A stretch of 24,000 nucleotides of DNA from Phaeacidiphilus oryzae TH49 (GTDB lineage Bacteria > Actinomycetota > Actinomycetes > Streptomycetales > Streptomycetaceae), in assembly GCF_000744815.1 (NCBI RefSeq), contig NZ_JQMQ01000005.1:232055-256054 (forward strand), read 5' to 3'. How positions within the stretch are numbered: position 1 is the stretch's first letter; every line of letters begins with the position of its first letter. Position numbers and translations under genes: made by a program. The notes below the pieces were generated by a model. That model did not search any database. It saw only the letters and a list, made by a program, of their open reading frames with translations, and was not told the DNA's origin. Shown piece after piece: positions 9,717-18,215 of the stretch.

Positions 9717-11797
9717 GCCGGGTTCGCCCCCGCGGTGGCACGGTGCTCGCCGACGGCTCCCAGGGGGGTGCCGTGGACGTAGCGGCCGAGCGCGGTGAGC
9801 GGCCAGACCAGGCGGTAGAGGTGGTAGTTGAGGGAGAAGTCCCACGGGAACCCGGTCCCGGTGAACTCCGGCTCGTCCCAGCCGCCGTCGGCCCGCTGGG
9901 TGCGGCTCAGCCAGTCGACGCCGCGGTCCACGACCTCCCCCTTCTCCCCCGCGGCCAGCAGGGCCATCAGGGCCCAACCGGTCTGCGAGGCGGTGGAGTT
10001 GCCGCGCCCGGCCCAGGACCGGTCGACGTAGGAGCGCATGTCCTCCCCCCAGCCGCCGTCCTCGTTCTGGTGCTCGCGCACCCAGCGCACCGCGCGCCGG
10101 ACGGCGATGTGGTCCCGCGGCACACCTGCCGCGACAAGGGCGGGTACCACCGAGCCGGTGCCGTACACGTAGTTGGTGCCCCAGCGGCCGAACCAGGAGC
10201 CGTCCGGCTCCTGCTCGCGCAGCAGCCAGTCCACCGCCCGCCGGGTGCGCGGGTCGTCGGCCAGGCCGACCTCCGCGAGGAGTTCGACGATGTGCGCGGT
10301 GACGTCCGCGGAGGGCGGGTCGATGACCTCGCCGAAGTCGCAGAACGGCGGCTTCGTCGGCAGGGTGTTGGTGTTGTCCACGTCGAAGGCGCCCCAGGCG
10401 CCGTTCTTGGACTGCATCGCCCACAGCCACTCGACCCCGCGCCGGATCGCCGCGTCCCGCCGCTCCGGGTCGCTCACCAGCACCCGGCGCAGCGCCAGCA
10501 TGACCTCGGCGGAGTCGTCGGTGTCCGGGTAGTTGTCGTTGTCGAACTCGAAGGCCCAGCCGCCGGCCGCGGCCCCGGGCCGCTGCACCGCCCAGTCGCT
10601 GCGCTTGGTGATCTCCTCGTCGAGCATCCAGTCCGCCGCCTTGACCAGCTGCGGGTGGTCGGCCGGAAGGCCGGCGTCGGCGAGGGCGATGGTGGCCAGA
10701 CAGGTGTCCCAGACCGGGGACTGGCAGGCCTCGATCATCCGCCGGGTGCTGCCGTCCTCGGAGGCGTAGTGGATCGAGTAGCGCTCCAGCGAGGCCAGGC
10801 CCTTGACGATGACCGGGTGGTTCAGCGAGTAGCCCATCAGATGGAGGGCCATGATCGAGTACACCGTCGGCGGCTGGATCCCGCCCCAGCAGCCGTCCGC
10901 CTCCTGCCGCTCCACGATCCAGGCCGCGGACTGGCGCATCGCCAGCCGGCGCAGCGGGCGGACCGCCCGGTGGTGGTAGAGGTGGAGCACCCGGTCCAGG
11001 CGCTCGAAGAAGCCGTCCCAGGTGTTGGCCGGAGAGAACGGTTTCCTCGGAAACGGATTCGACGGGTCCGTGTGCAGCTCGCTGAGCGGGAACGGCCCCG
11101 GCCGCACCGGCCGGAACGCGGAGACGATGGTCAGCGGGACGATGGTGCCCCGCGCCCAGCTGGCGAACGAGTAGATGTTCAGCGGGATCTGCTTGGGCAG
11201 CAGGATGACCTCGGGCGGCAGCTCGGGCAGCCGGTCCCACGGGTACCAGCCGAAGAGCGCCAGCCAGATCCGGGTGAAGACCCGGGTGGCGGCGATCCCG
11301 CCCTGCTCCCGGATCCACTCCGCGGCCTTCTTCATGTGCTCGTCGTCCGGATCGTCACCGGCCAGCTTGAGCGCGGTGTACGCCTCCACCGTCGCGGAGA
11401 GCTCCGGCGGTCCGCCGTAGAAGGTGTTCCAGGTACCGTCCGGCTGCTGCTGCGAGCGGATCCAGTTGGCCGCCGTCTCGGTGACCTCCGGCGTGCGGAT
11501 CCCCAGGAACTCCCGGAGCAGCAGGTCCTCGGCGTCCATGGTGACGTTGGTCTCCAGGTCGCCCTTCCACCAGCCGGTCTCGTCCTGCAGCGAGAGCAGG
11601 TACTCGCCGGCCCGGCGCAGCGTCTCCGCGGCGTCCGGGACCGGTGTCCCCCCCTTGGTTTCAGAAGCCTCGTCGGCGGCCTCGTCGGCGGCCGCCGGCA
11701 CTGTGGACGAAGCGCCCGCCCCGGCGTCCGGCGTCGCGTCCACGGTCGAATCGGCTTCGTTCCGGGAGTCGAGTCGGCCGTCCGCAGTTGATGTCAT
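9713..11797 (-). CDS. shc: Squalene-hopene cyclase
   Basis: It has the catalytic DxDD-type motif (YPDTDDSAEVM), repeated QW-type motifs (for example RSQQQPDGTW, REQEPDGSWFGRWG, EHQNEDGGWGE and RTQRADGGWDE), and the expected ~690-aa length. The ATG at 11797 is preceded by GGGAGAGGTGA. Confidence 0.95.
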   Translation of the reverse strand: MTSTADGRLDSRNEADSTVDATPDAGAGASSTVPAAADEAADEASETKGGTPVPDAAETLRRAGEYLLSLQDETGWWKGDLETNVTMDAEDLLLREFLGIRTPEVTETAANWIRSQQQPDGTWNTFYGGPPELSATVEAYTALKLAGDDPDDEHMKKAAEWIREQGGIAATRVFTRIWLALFGWYPWDRLPELPPEVILLPKQIPLNIYSFASWARGTIVPLTIVSAFRPVRPGPFPLSELHTDPSNPFPRKPFSPANTWDGFFERLDRVLHLYHHRAVRPLRRLAMRQSAAWIVERQEADGCWGGIQPPTVYSIMALHLMGYSLNHPVIVKGLASLERYSIHYASEDGSTRRMIEACQSPVWDTCLATIALADAGLPADHPQLVKAADWMLDEEITKRSDWAVQRPGAAAGGWAFEFDNDNYPDTDDSAEVMLALRRVLVSDPERRDAAIRRGVEWLWAMQSKNGAWGAFDVDNTNTLPTKPPFCDFGEVIDPPSADVTAHIVELLAEVGLADDPRTRRAVDWLLREQEPDGSWFGRWGTNYVYGTGSVVPALVAAGVPRDHIAVRRAVRWVREHQNEDGGWGEDMRSYVDRSWAGRGNSTASQTGWALMALLAAGEKGEVVDRGVDWLSRTQRADGGWDEPEFTGTGFPWDFSLNYHLYRLVWPLTALGRYVHGTPLGAVGEHRATAGANPA

Positions 11798-11800
11798 TCT

Positions 11801-12885
11801 TCACCTCTCCCGTACTACGACGAATTCGGCGAGCGCGGCGAACCTGTCCCGCACCTCGGGGGACATGTTCACCTCGTCCAGCGCGGCCAGCGCGGTCTCG
11901 TGCTGCCGCCGGGCCTCGGCCTGGGTCCAGTCCCGGCCCCCGCCTCCACGATCAGCGCGGCACGCGCGGCCAGCTGCTCCTCGTCCTCGTCACCGCGGCC
12001 CGACGGGTCGGCGAGGAGGTCGGCGAGCTTGCGTGAGGCGGCCCCGCCCTCGGCGAGGGCCGCGGAGACCGGCAGGGACTTCTTCCGCTGCCGCAGGTCG
12101 CCCCAGTGCGGCTTGCCGGTCACCTCGGTGGCGCCCCAGATGCCCAGCAGGTCGTCCACCGCCTGGAAGGCCAGGCCGAGGTGGTAGCCGAAGCGCTCCA
12201 GGGCGTCCGCCTCGGCGTCCCCGATCCCGGCCAGCACGGCCCCGATCGAGGAGGAGGCGGCCAGCAGGGCGCCGGTCTTGTTGCCCTCCATCTCCAGGCA
12301 CTCCTCGACCGTGACCCGGTCGCGCTGCTCGAAGGAGAGGTCCTGGGCCTGACCGTCGATCAGCTTCCGGGTGGCCAGGGTGAGCCGGCGCACCGCGCGC
12401 CCGCAGTCCACCGGCGCGAAGGTGCCGGGGCGGAGCTCGTCCGCCGCCTCCAGCAGCACCTCGTTGGCGAGCGCGAAGAGGGCGTCCCCGACCAGGATGG
12501 CCTGCTCGGAGCCGAAGACCGTCCAGACGGTCGCCCGGTGCCGCCGGGTCTCGTCACCGTCCATCAGGTCGTCGTGCAGCAGCGAGAAGTTGTGCACCAG
12601 TTCGACGGCCGCGCCGCCGGGGATGCCCGCCTCGGGCGGCGCGCCGGCGGCCTCCGCGGAGAGCAGCGCCAGCGCCGGGCGGACCGCCTTGCCGGCGTCC
12701 GCCTGGACCGGCTTGCCGTCCGCGTCGATCCAGCCGAAGTGGTACGCCGCCACCTTGTCCATGGGCGGGGCCAGTCGGGCGCAGGCCTCCCGCAGGAGGG
12801 GGGTGCACAGCATGCGTCCCCGGTCGAGCAGGGCGCGGACGTCCACTGCCTCGCCGGCGGTTACCTGATCAGAGCGCGCAACCAC
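11801..12885 (-). pseudogene. Polyprenyl (probably farnesyl) diphosphate synthase of the hopanoid operon, with an apparent 1-nt deletion near 11937-11941 that alters the C-terminus
   Basis: Both Asp-rich motifs are present: LLHDDLMDGDETRRH and FQAVDDLLG. As assembled, the frame ends at 11869 in a Pro/Arg/Gly/Trp-rich tail. Adding one G to the G5 run gives ...EAGGRDWTQAEARRQHETALAALDEVNMSPEVRDRFAALAEFVVVRER with a stop at 11801-11803, 3 nt before the shc ATG. The probable start is the GTG at 12885, after GGAGAGGGAG. The track ORF starts at 12942. Confidence 0.8.
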
Positions 12886-13044
12886 GCTTGCTCCCTCTCC
12901 GTTCGCGTCGTCGACTTCCCGGGGCTTTCCGACGACCGGCACGGCCGCCCACGGTGTCTGCTGGGTCTGGGTCTGAGGTGCGGTCCGGGCCCGGTCCTGC
13001 CGGGTCTCCGGTTCCGCCGCGGTCCTCGGGGGTCCTCGGGCCCG

Positions 13045-14553
13045 TCACGGCCTGCTCCCCTCAGTCCACCGGGCTCCCTCCGCCGCCCCCCTCGGCGCCT
13101 CCCGCGAGCCCCCGGAGAGTGCCTGGTCGGCGGCGGCGTGACCGCTGCGGACGGCGCCCTCCATGGTCGCGGGCCACCCGGTGGCGGTCCACGCCCCGGC
13201 CAGGTAGAGGTCCGGGATCCGGGTGCGCGGCCGCGCCCTGAGCGGCGCCGAGCCGGGGACGGGTGCGAAGGTCGCCTTGCGCTCCCGGGTGACGAAGAAC
13301 TCCGTGACCCGGGCGGTCCGCGCGGCCGGCAGCAGCCGCTCCAGCTCCGGCAGATAGCGCCGGCGCAGCTCGCCGACCGGGAGGTCGATCTCGTCCTGCG
13401 CGGCCGACTGGGAGAGCGCCAGGTACTGGCCCCCGCCGGCGAGACCGGAGTGCTCGGTGCGGTCGAAGACCCACTGCACCGAGGAGCCGAGGGCGGCGAA
13501 GAACGGCCGCCGCAGCACCTTGCGGTCGTACAGCACGTGGACGTTGAGGATCGGCGCGGTGCCGAGGGCGTCCAGCCGCTCGGGGTGTTCGAGGGCTCCG
13601 GGCGGAAGCAGCTCCCTGGCGGTGTCCTGCGGAACCGCAAGCACCACGGTGTCCGCCTCCAGCCGCTCCGATCCGCCGGGAAGGCGCTCGCCGGTCAGCA
13701 GCAGACTGTGCGAACGCCCTTCCGAACGGCGATCATAACGCTGTTCGTGTGTGGGCGAACTGTAGGGGGTGGCTTCCGAGGACTTGAGCTCCTCGACCCG
13801 GGTCCGGAGGAGGACCCGCACCCCGGCCCGGTCCAGCGCGGCCCCCGCCGCGTCGTGGTGGATGGCGCCCAGCGGGACCCGGGACCAGCCGATGTCCGCC
13901 GCCCCCGGCTCGCTCAGCAGCCCGGTCTTGAAGACCATCGCCGCCAGCGCGAGCGACACGTCGTCGGCCCGGGCGTTCAGCGTGGCCACTCCGACCAGGT
14001 CCCAGAGCGCCGCGACGGCCCCCGGGGACTGCCGCTGCTCGCGCAGCCAGTCACCGAAGGAACGCTCGTCCAGCGCGGGGTCGTCCAGGTCCAGCGTTCG
14101 AAGCGCGAGGGCGGCGCGCGCCACCATCGCCCGCTCCCCCACGCTGAGGTGCGGATAGCGCGAGAGGGAGCCGCTGAGATGCAGCGGAACCGGCAGACCG
14201 GACCGGCGCAGCCGGCCCAGCCGCAGCGGGGAGTCGGCCGCGCTCTCGCCCCGCTCGCGCAGCGCCAGCACCGGAACGTCCAGCCTGCGCTGCAGATGCA
14301 CCAGGCCGGTCGCGTCGAGACGCTGCAGCAGCCCGCGGTACGCGGTGCAGCAGCGGAGGAAGACGTGCTGGCCGTTGTCCACCCACAGATCGCCCGCGGC
14401 CGAACCGCGGCGGAAGGAGAAGGCCAGGCCGCCCAGCCTGGGCCGGCCCTCCACGAGCGTCACCGACAAGCCCGCGTCGGCCAGCCGCAGCGCGGCCGTG
14501 ATCCCGGCCAGGCCGCCGCCGACGACCACGGCCGTACGTTGACGGTCCGTCAT
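13045..14553 (-). CDS. hpnE: FAD-dependent hydroxysqualene dehydroxylase (phytoene-desaturase/amine-oxidase family)
   Basis: It has an N-terminal dinucleotide fold (AVVVGGGLAGITAALRLADAGLSVTLVEGRPRLGG) and an amine-oxidase-type C-terminus (LYLAGAWTATGWPATMEGAVRSG). It sits after hpnC and hpnD. The ATG at 14553 is preceded by GAGGGGG. The track ORF starts at a GTG at 14562. Confidence 0.85.
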   Translation of the reverse strand: MTDRQRTAVVVGGGLAGITAALRLADAGLSVTLVEGRPRLGGLAFSFRRGSAAGDLWVDNGQHVFLRCCTAYRGLLQRLDATGLVHLQRRLDVPVLALRERGESAADSPLRLGRLRRSGLPVPLHLSGSLSRYPHLSVGERAMVARAALALRTLDLDDPALDERSFGDWLREQRQSPGAVAALWDLVGVATLNARADDVSLALAAMVFKTGLLSEPGAADIGWSRVPLGAIHHDAAGAALDRAGVRVLLRTRVEELKSSEATPYSSPTHEQRYDRRSEGRSHSLLLTGERLPGGSERLEADTVVLAVPQDTARELLPPGALEHPERLDALGTAPILNVHVLYDRKVLRRPFFAALGSSVQWVFDRTEHSGLAGGGQYLALSQSAAQDEIDLPVGELRRRYLPELERLLPAARTARVTEFFVTRERKATFAPVPGSAPLRARPRTRIPDLYLAGAWTATGWPATMEGAVRSGHAAADQALSGGSREAPRGAAEGARWTEGSRP

Positions 14554-14758
14554 ACCGGCCACCCCCTCGGCGTACTGGCCGTACCCGCCATACCGGTTGT
14601 ACTTGACGTACTACCCGTCCGAGAAGCCGTCAGTGCCGGGGACGCGAGAAAACCGCGAGTGGTTCCACGATCACCCATGGTGATCGCCGGATCATCACAC
14701 CCGTCCGCCGGTTCCGCCCCCGCGGTGCCCGCCGTGCCGTCGCCGCATGGTCCGCACC

Positions 14759-15676
14759 TCAAGAGGCACGACCCCCGACCAGCCCGGAGACCGCCACATA
14801 AGCCTTCTCCCACGGCGGCAGGGAGACCCGGCCGCGCAGCACGCCGCCCGGGTCCTCGGCGATCCGCTCCAGCAGCCGGTGGTAGATGCCGGCCATCGCC
14901 GCCACGCAGGCGCGGCTGCGCCGGTCCAGCATCGGCAGCAGGCGGAGCCCCTCGTCGAAGTACTCCTGGGCGCGGCGCGCCTCGAAGGAGACCAGGCCGG
15001 CGAAGTCGGCGCCGGGCGAGGGGACGGCGGCGCCGAAGCCCTCCTGGCAGCCGAACCGGGCCAGGTCCTCGGCGGGCAGGTAGGTGCGGCCGTTGCCGGC
15101 GTCCTCCCGCACGTCCCGCAGGATGTTGGTGAGCTGAAGGGCGAGGCCGAGGCTGTCCGCGTACTCGTCCGCCTGCTTGGGGTCGGAGGAGCCGAACACG
15201 CCGAGCGACAGCCGGCCGATGGTCCCGGCCACGCAGCGGCAGTAGGTGCGCAGCTCGTCGAAGGTGCGGTACTCGGCGCCTCGCACATCCATCTCGACGC
15301 CGTCAATCAGTTCGTCGAACGCGTCGATGGGGATGTCGAAGCGGGCCACCGAGTCGGCCAGCGCGACCTTCACCGGATCGATGTCGTCCGGGTCGACGCT
15401 GCGCGACCGGAGCTCGTCCAGCAGCCGGCGGGTGGCCAGCAGCTGCTCGGCCTTGCGGTCGTCGTCCCAGCCGCCGTCCCCGATGTCGTCGATCCGCCGG
15501 GCCAGGGCGTAGACCGCCTGCATCGCCCGGCGCTTGGGGCCGGGAAGAAGCCTGATCCCGTAGGAGAAGTTGCGAGCCTGGTGGCTCGTCACCGCCTCAC
15601 AGTACTTGTAGGCGGCCATCACCTGAGGGATGGCCTGAGGGAATGCCGGAGATGGTCCCTCCACTGCCCGGCTCAC
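14759..15676 (-). CDS. hpnD: Presqualene diphosphate synthase (squalene/phytoene synthase family)
   Basis: YKYCEAVTSHQARNFSYGIRLLP and YALARRIDDIGDG (Asp-rich motif), plus the second motif region NILRDVREDAGNGRTYLP, mark the family. The GTG start at 15676 overlaps the hpnC stop as GTGA. Confidence 0.85.
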   Translation of the reverse strand: MSRAVEGPSPAFPQAIPQVMAAYKYCEAVTSHQARNFSYGIRLLPGPKRRAMQAVYALARRIDDIGDGGWDDDRKAEQLLATRRLLDELRSRSVDPDDIDPVKVALADSVARFDIPIDAFDELIDGVEMDVRGAEYRTFDELRTYCRCVAGTIGRLSLGVFGSSDPKQADEYADSLGLALQLTNILRDVREDAGNGRTYLPAEDLARFGCQEGFGAAVPSPGADFAGLVSFEARRAQEYFDEGLRLLPMLDRRSRACVAAMAGIYHRLLERIAEDPGGVLRGRVSLPPWEKAYVAVSGLVGGRAS

Positions 15677-16650
15677 CTTCCTCTCACCAGTGTCACCGCC
15701 GCCTGCCGCAGCAGACGGCCCTTGCCCGCCTTGGGCGCCCCGGCGAGCACGTCGTACCCGGCCGCGGCCACGGCGTCGAGCGCCGCGTACCCGCCGGCCG
15801 CGAAGCCGGCCAGCAGCACCCGCAGCCGTCCCGACACCGAGCCGACCAGCGGGGCCCCCTCGTCGAGCAGCGCCCGGGCGCGGCGCGCCTCGAACGCGAT
15901 CAGCTCGCGAAGCGGCCCCGACGCGGTACGGGCCGCGAGGTCGCGCTCGGTGACGCCGAACTTCTCCAGGTCCTCGGCCGGAAGGTAGATCCGGTCGCGG
16001 GCCAGGTCCTCGGCGACGTCCTGCAGGTGCTCCACGATCTGCAGCGCCGTGCAGATCGCGTCCGACCAGGCCACCCGCTGGGGGTCGGCCCGGTCGGCGA
16101 GTTCCAGCACGATCCGACCGACCGGGTTGGCGGAGAGCTCGCAGTAGTCCAGGAGCTGCTGGTAGTCCTGGTAGCGGGCGATCCGCTGATCGACTCGGTT
16201 GGCCTCGATCAGATTACGAAAAGGATCAATCGAGAGCCCGCGATTTACGATCACCGGCCGGAGGGCCTGAAGCAGAGGATGCCGGGGGGACCCGGTCACG
16301 GAAGAGGGACCATCGACCGCACAGGCGCGTCGAAGGTCCTCCTCGAGAGCATCGAGCAGAGCCGAGCGGAAGGCGGGCTCGGCGTCCCCGGCCGCGGAGT
16401 CGAACTCCTCGCGCGGCGGCGCGCCCAGCACCCGCGCGGTCTCCGCGGGGTCGGCGAGATCGCCGTCCCCTATGTCGTCGACCAGGCGGGCGAAGCCGTA
16501 GACGGCCATCAGGCCGTCCCGCAGCGAGGTCGGCAGGAAGAACGGGGCGACCGGGAAGTTCTCCAGGTCCGCCTGGTCCAGCACGGCTCCGGTCTGGGCT
16601 GCGCCCCGGGCCTCGGAAGCCTCGCTCTGCAAGGTCACCTTCACCGCCAC
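15673..16650 (-). CDS. hpnC: Hydroxysqualene synthase (squalene/phytoene synthase family)
   Basis: LENFPVAPFFLP, YGFARLVDDIGDG and IVEHLQDVAEDLARDRIYLP mark the family, and it is the first gene of the hopanoid operon. The exact start is uncertain, with GTG codons at 16650 and 16644. Confidence 0.8.
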   Translation of the reverse strand: MAVKVTLQSEASEARGAAQTGAVLDQADLENFPVAPFFLPTSLRDGLMAVYGFARLVDDIGDGDLADPAETARVLGAPPREEFDSAAGDAEPAFRSALLDALEEDLRRACAVDGPSSVTGSPRHPLLQALRPVIVNRGLSIDPFRNLIEANRVDQRIARYQDYQQLLDYCELSANPVGRIVLELADRADPQRVAWSDAICTALQIVEHLQDVAEDLARDRIYLPAEDLEKFGVTERDLAARTASGPLRELIAFEARRARALLDEGAPLVGSVSGRLRVLLAGFAAGGYAALDAVAAAGYDVLAGAPKAGKGRLLRQAAVTLVRGR

Positions 16651-16931
16651 ACCCCCCGTTCTACACCGATCATGACAGCGTACCCACAGCGGACACGCCC
16701 GTTTGTTCCCTTCGGGCCGGGCCTGCGACCCGGCCCCCCGAACGGCCCCCTCGGAACCCCTCGGGACCCGGCGGCGGGCTCAAGCCTTCCACCCGCCGGT
16801 GCGGCTCCGCAGCCGAGAAGGACACGATTCGGTTGCGCGTCGCCACCGTCCCCCCGGCCTGGCGGGCCGAGGATCTTGCCGCCAACTTTATGCTGTCCTT
16901 ACTCCGATCGTGTAAGGGGGGTGCCAGTTGA

Positions 16932-17019
16932 GGCGTCCGGAGTCGCGAGAGGAGCCAACGCTCGATGTCCGCGGATGATTCCACCCGCATGTGAAAAGAT
17001 CATGAGCGTGCCGGACGCC
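16932..17019 (-). terminator. Long imperfect nested inverted repeat downstream of the ABC-2 permease; a candidate terminator or structured RNA
   Basis: The outer arms are GGCGTCCGG (16932-16940) and CCGGACGCC (17011-17019), 9 bp each. The inner arms are ACGCTCGATG (16958-16967) and CATGAGCGT (17001-17009), giving 6+3 bp with one bulge. A small apical GCGG/CCGC pairing follows. The element lies in a locally GC-poorer stretch. Confidence 0.3.
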
Positions 17020-17069
17020 CCCTCAGGGAGCGGTGTGCACCGGCTTTGTGACGCCCCCTCAGTCCTCTG

Positions 17070-18029
17070 TCAGCCGCGCCCGTACTCCTCCTCGGAACGC
17101 CAGAAGAAGACGTAGCCGCCCACCCCGACCACCAGCGCCCAGGCCAGGGCGAGCGGCCAGACATGGGGCGGGAGGGTGTTCGCGGTCTGCGACTCGATCA
17201 GCGCGTAACGGATCAGTGAGATGTAGACCAGCGCCGGGTTGGCGTTGAGCACCGTGGAGACCCAGTGCGGGGCGTGCTCGGTGAAGACGTTGAGGTTGTA
17301 GAAGACGCCGGAGATGTACATCCAGGTCCGCATCACGAAGGGCATCAGCTGCGCGGTGTCCGTGGTCTTCGCGCCGACCCTGGCCATCAGGAGGGCGAGC
17401 CCGGTGTTGAAGACGAACTGCAGCAGCAGCGCGGGCAGCAGCAGGAACCAGCGCAGGGTGAACGGCTCCCCGGTGAGCAGCACGATCACGCCCAGGACGA
17501 ACATCGAGAAGATCAGCTGCTGGAGCTGAATGACCGTCATGGCGATCGGCAGGCAGGCCCGCGGGAAGTGCAGCGCCCGGATCAGCCCCAGGTTGTCCGC
17601 GATGGACCGGGTGCCGGCCAGCACCGCCGACTGGGTGAACTGGAAGACGAAGATGCCGGTGCAGAGGTAGGCGATGAAGTTGGGGATGCCCCGGTTGGTC
17701 TTCAGCAGCAGGCCGAAGATCAGGTAGTACACGCCCGCGTTCAGCAGCGGGGTCGCCACCTGCCAGACCTGGCCCAGCTTGGCCGTGGTGTACATGGCGG
17801 TCAGCCGGGCGGTGGCGTAGGCGAGGATGAACGAGCGCCGCGACCACAACTGACGGGTGTAATCGGCCAGACTGGGGCGCGCGCCGGAGACCGCGAGCCC
17901 GTAGCGGGCGGCCAGCTCGGCCGGGGCCAGTCCGGCGTCCGGATCCTGCGCTTCTGCCGTCGTCACCACCGGCGCGGAGCCGAACTCGGCGCCACCGGAC
18001 GGCTGCTGCTGGTTCGTCACACAAGCCAT
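17070..18029 (-). CDS. ABC-2 type (TagG/Wzm-like) polymer-export permease
   Basis: It has a six-helix ABC-2 membrane domain, with RRSFILAYATARLTAMYTTAKLGQVWQVATPLLNAGVYYLIFG near the N-terminus and a C-terminal NANPALVYISLIRYAL region. No cognate ATPase gene follows it. Confidence 0.8.
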   Translation of the reverse strand: MACVTNQQQPSGGAEFGSAPVVTTAEAQDPDAGLAPAELAARYGLAVSGARPSLADYTRQLWSRRSFILAYATARLTAMYTTAKLGQVWQVATPLLNAGVYYLIFGLLLKTNRGIPNFIAYLCTGIFVFQFTQSAVLAGTRSIADNLGLIRALHFPRACLPIAMTVIQLQQLIFSMFVLGVIVLLTGEPFTLRWFLLLPALLLQFVFNTGLALLMARVGAKTTDTAQLMPFVMRTWMYISGVFYNLNVFTEHAPHWVSTVLNANPALVYISLIRYALIESQTANTLPPHVWPLALAWALVVGVGGYVFFWRSEEEYGRG

Positions 18030-18215
18030 CCTGGGGCAGGACGGCGCGCGCCGCAGGGAGGACAGGCCGTCCGGCTGCCCCCCGATGCGGCCGGACGGAG
18101 CGGCGGACCGGCCGCCGTAACCCGGCGCCCCCTGCTCAGCGGGCGTCGGGGCCTGCGGGACAGGGGGCGTCGGAAGCGGCCCGGAACAGGTTCGGTGCGG
18201 GCTCGCGGAACGGGT

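Noticed and set aside
9717-11318. The N-terminal 534 codons of the 763-aa minus-strand ORF that ends at 9027.
   Set aside because: This part overlaps shc in another frame and has a low-complexity translation. Only the last 229 codons, from the ATG at 9716, look like the HpnG nucleosidase, and that ATG forms an ATGA junction with the shc stop.
14550-14678. A 42-codon ORF (MGDRGTTRGFLASPALTASRTGSTSSTTGMAGTASTPRGWPV) whose TGA overlaps the hpnE ATG as ATGA.
   Set aside because: The ATGA coupling is suggestive. However, third-position GC is very low for this genome (many GGT, AGT, ACA, TCA, GTA codons) and the sequence is low-complexity Ser/Thr/Gly. I do not call it a CDS without conservation or expression data.
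16670-16990. A 106-aa minus-strand ORF in the gap between the permease and hpnC.
   Set aside because: It has no recognisable motif and mixed codon bias, and it spans the inverted-repeat and promoter-like region. It is more likely non-coding.
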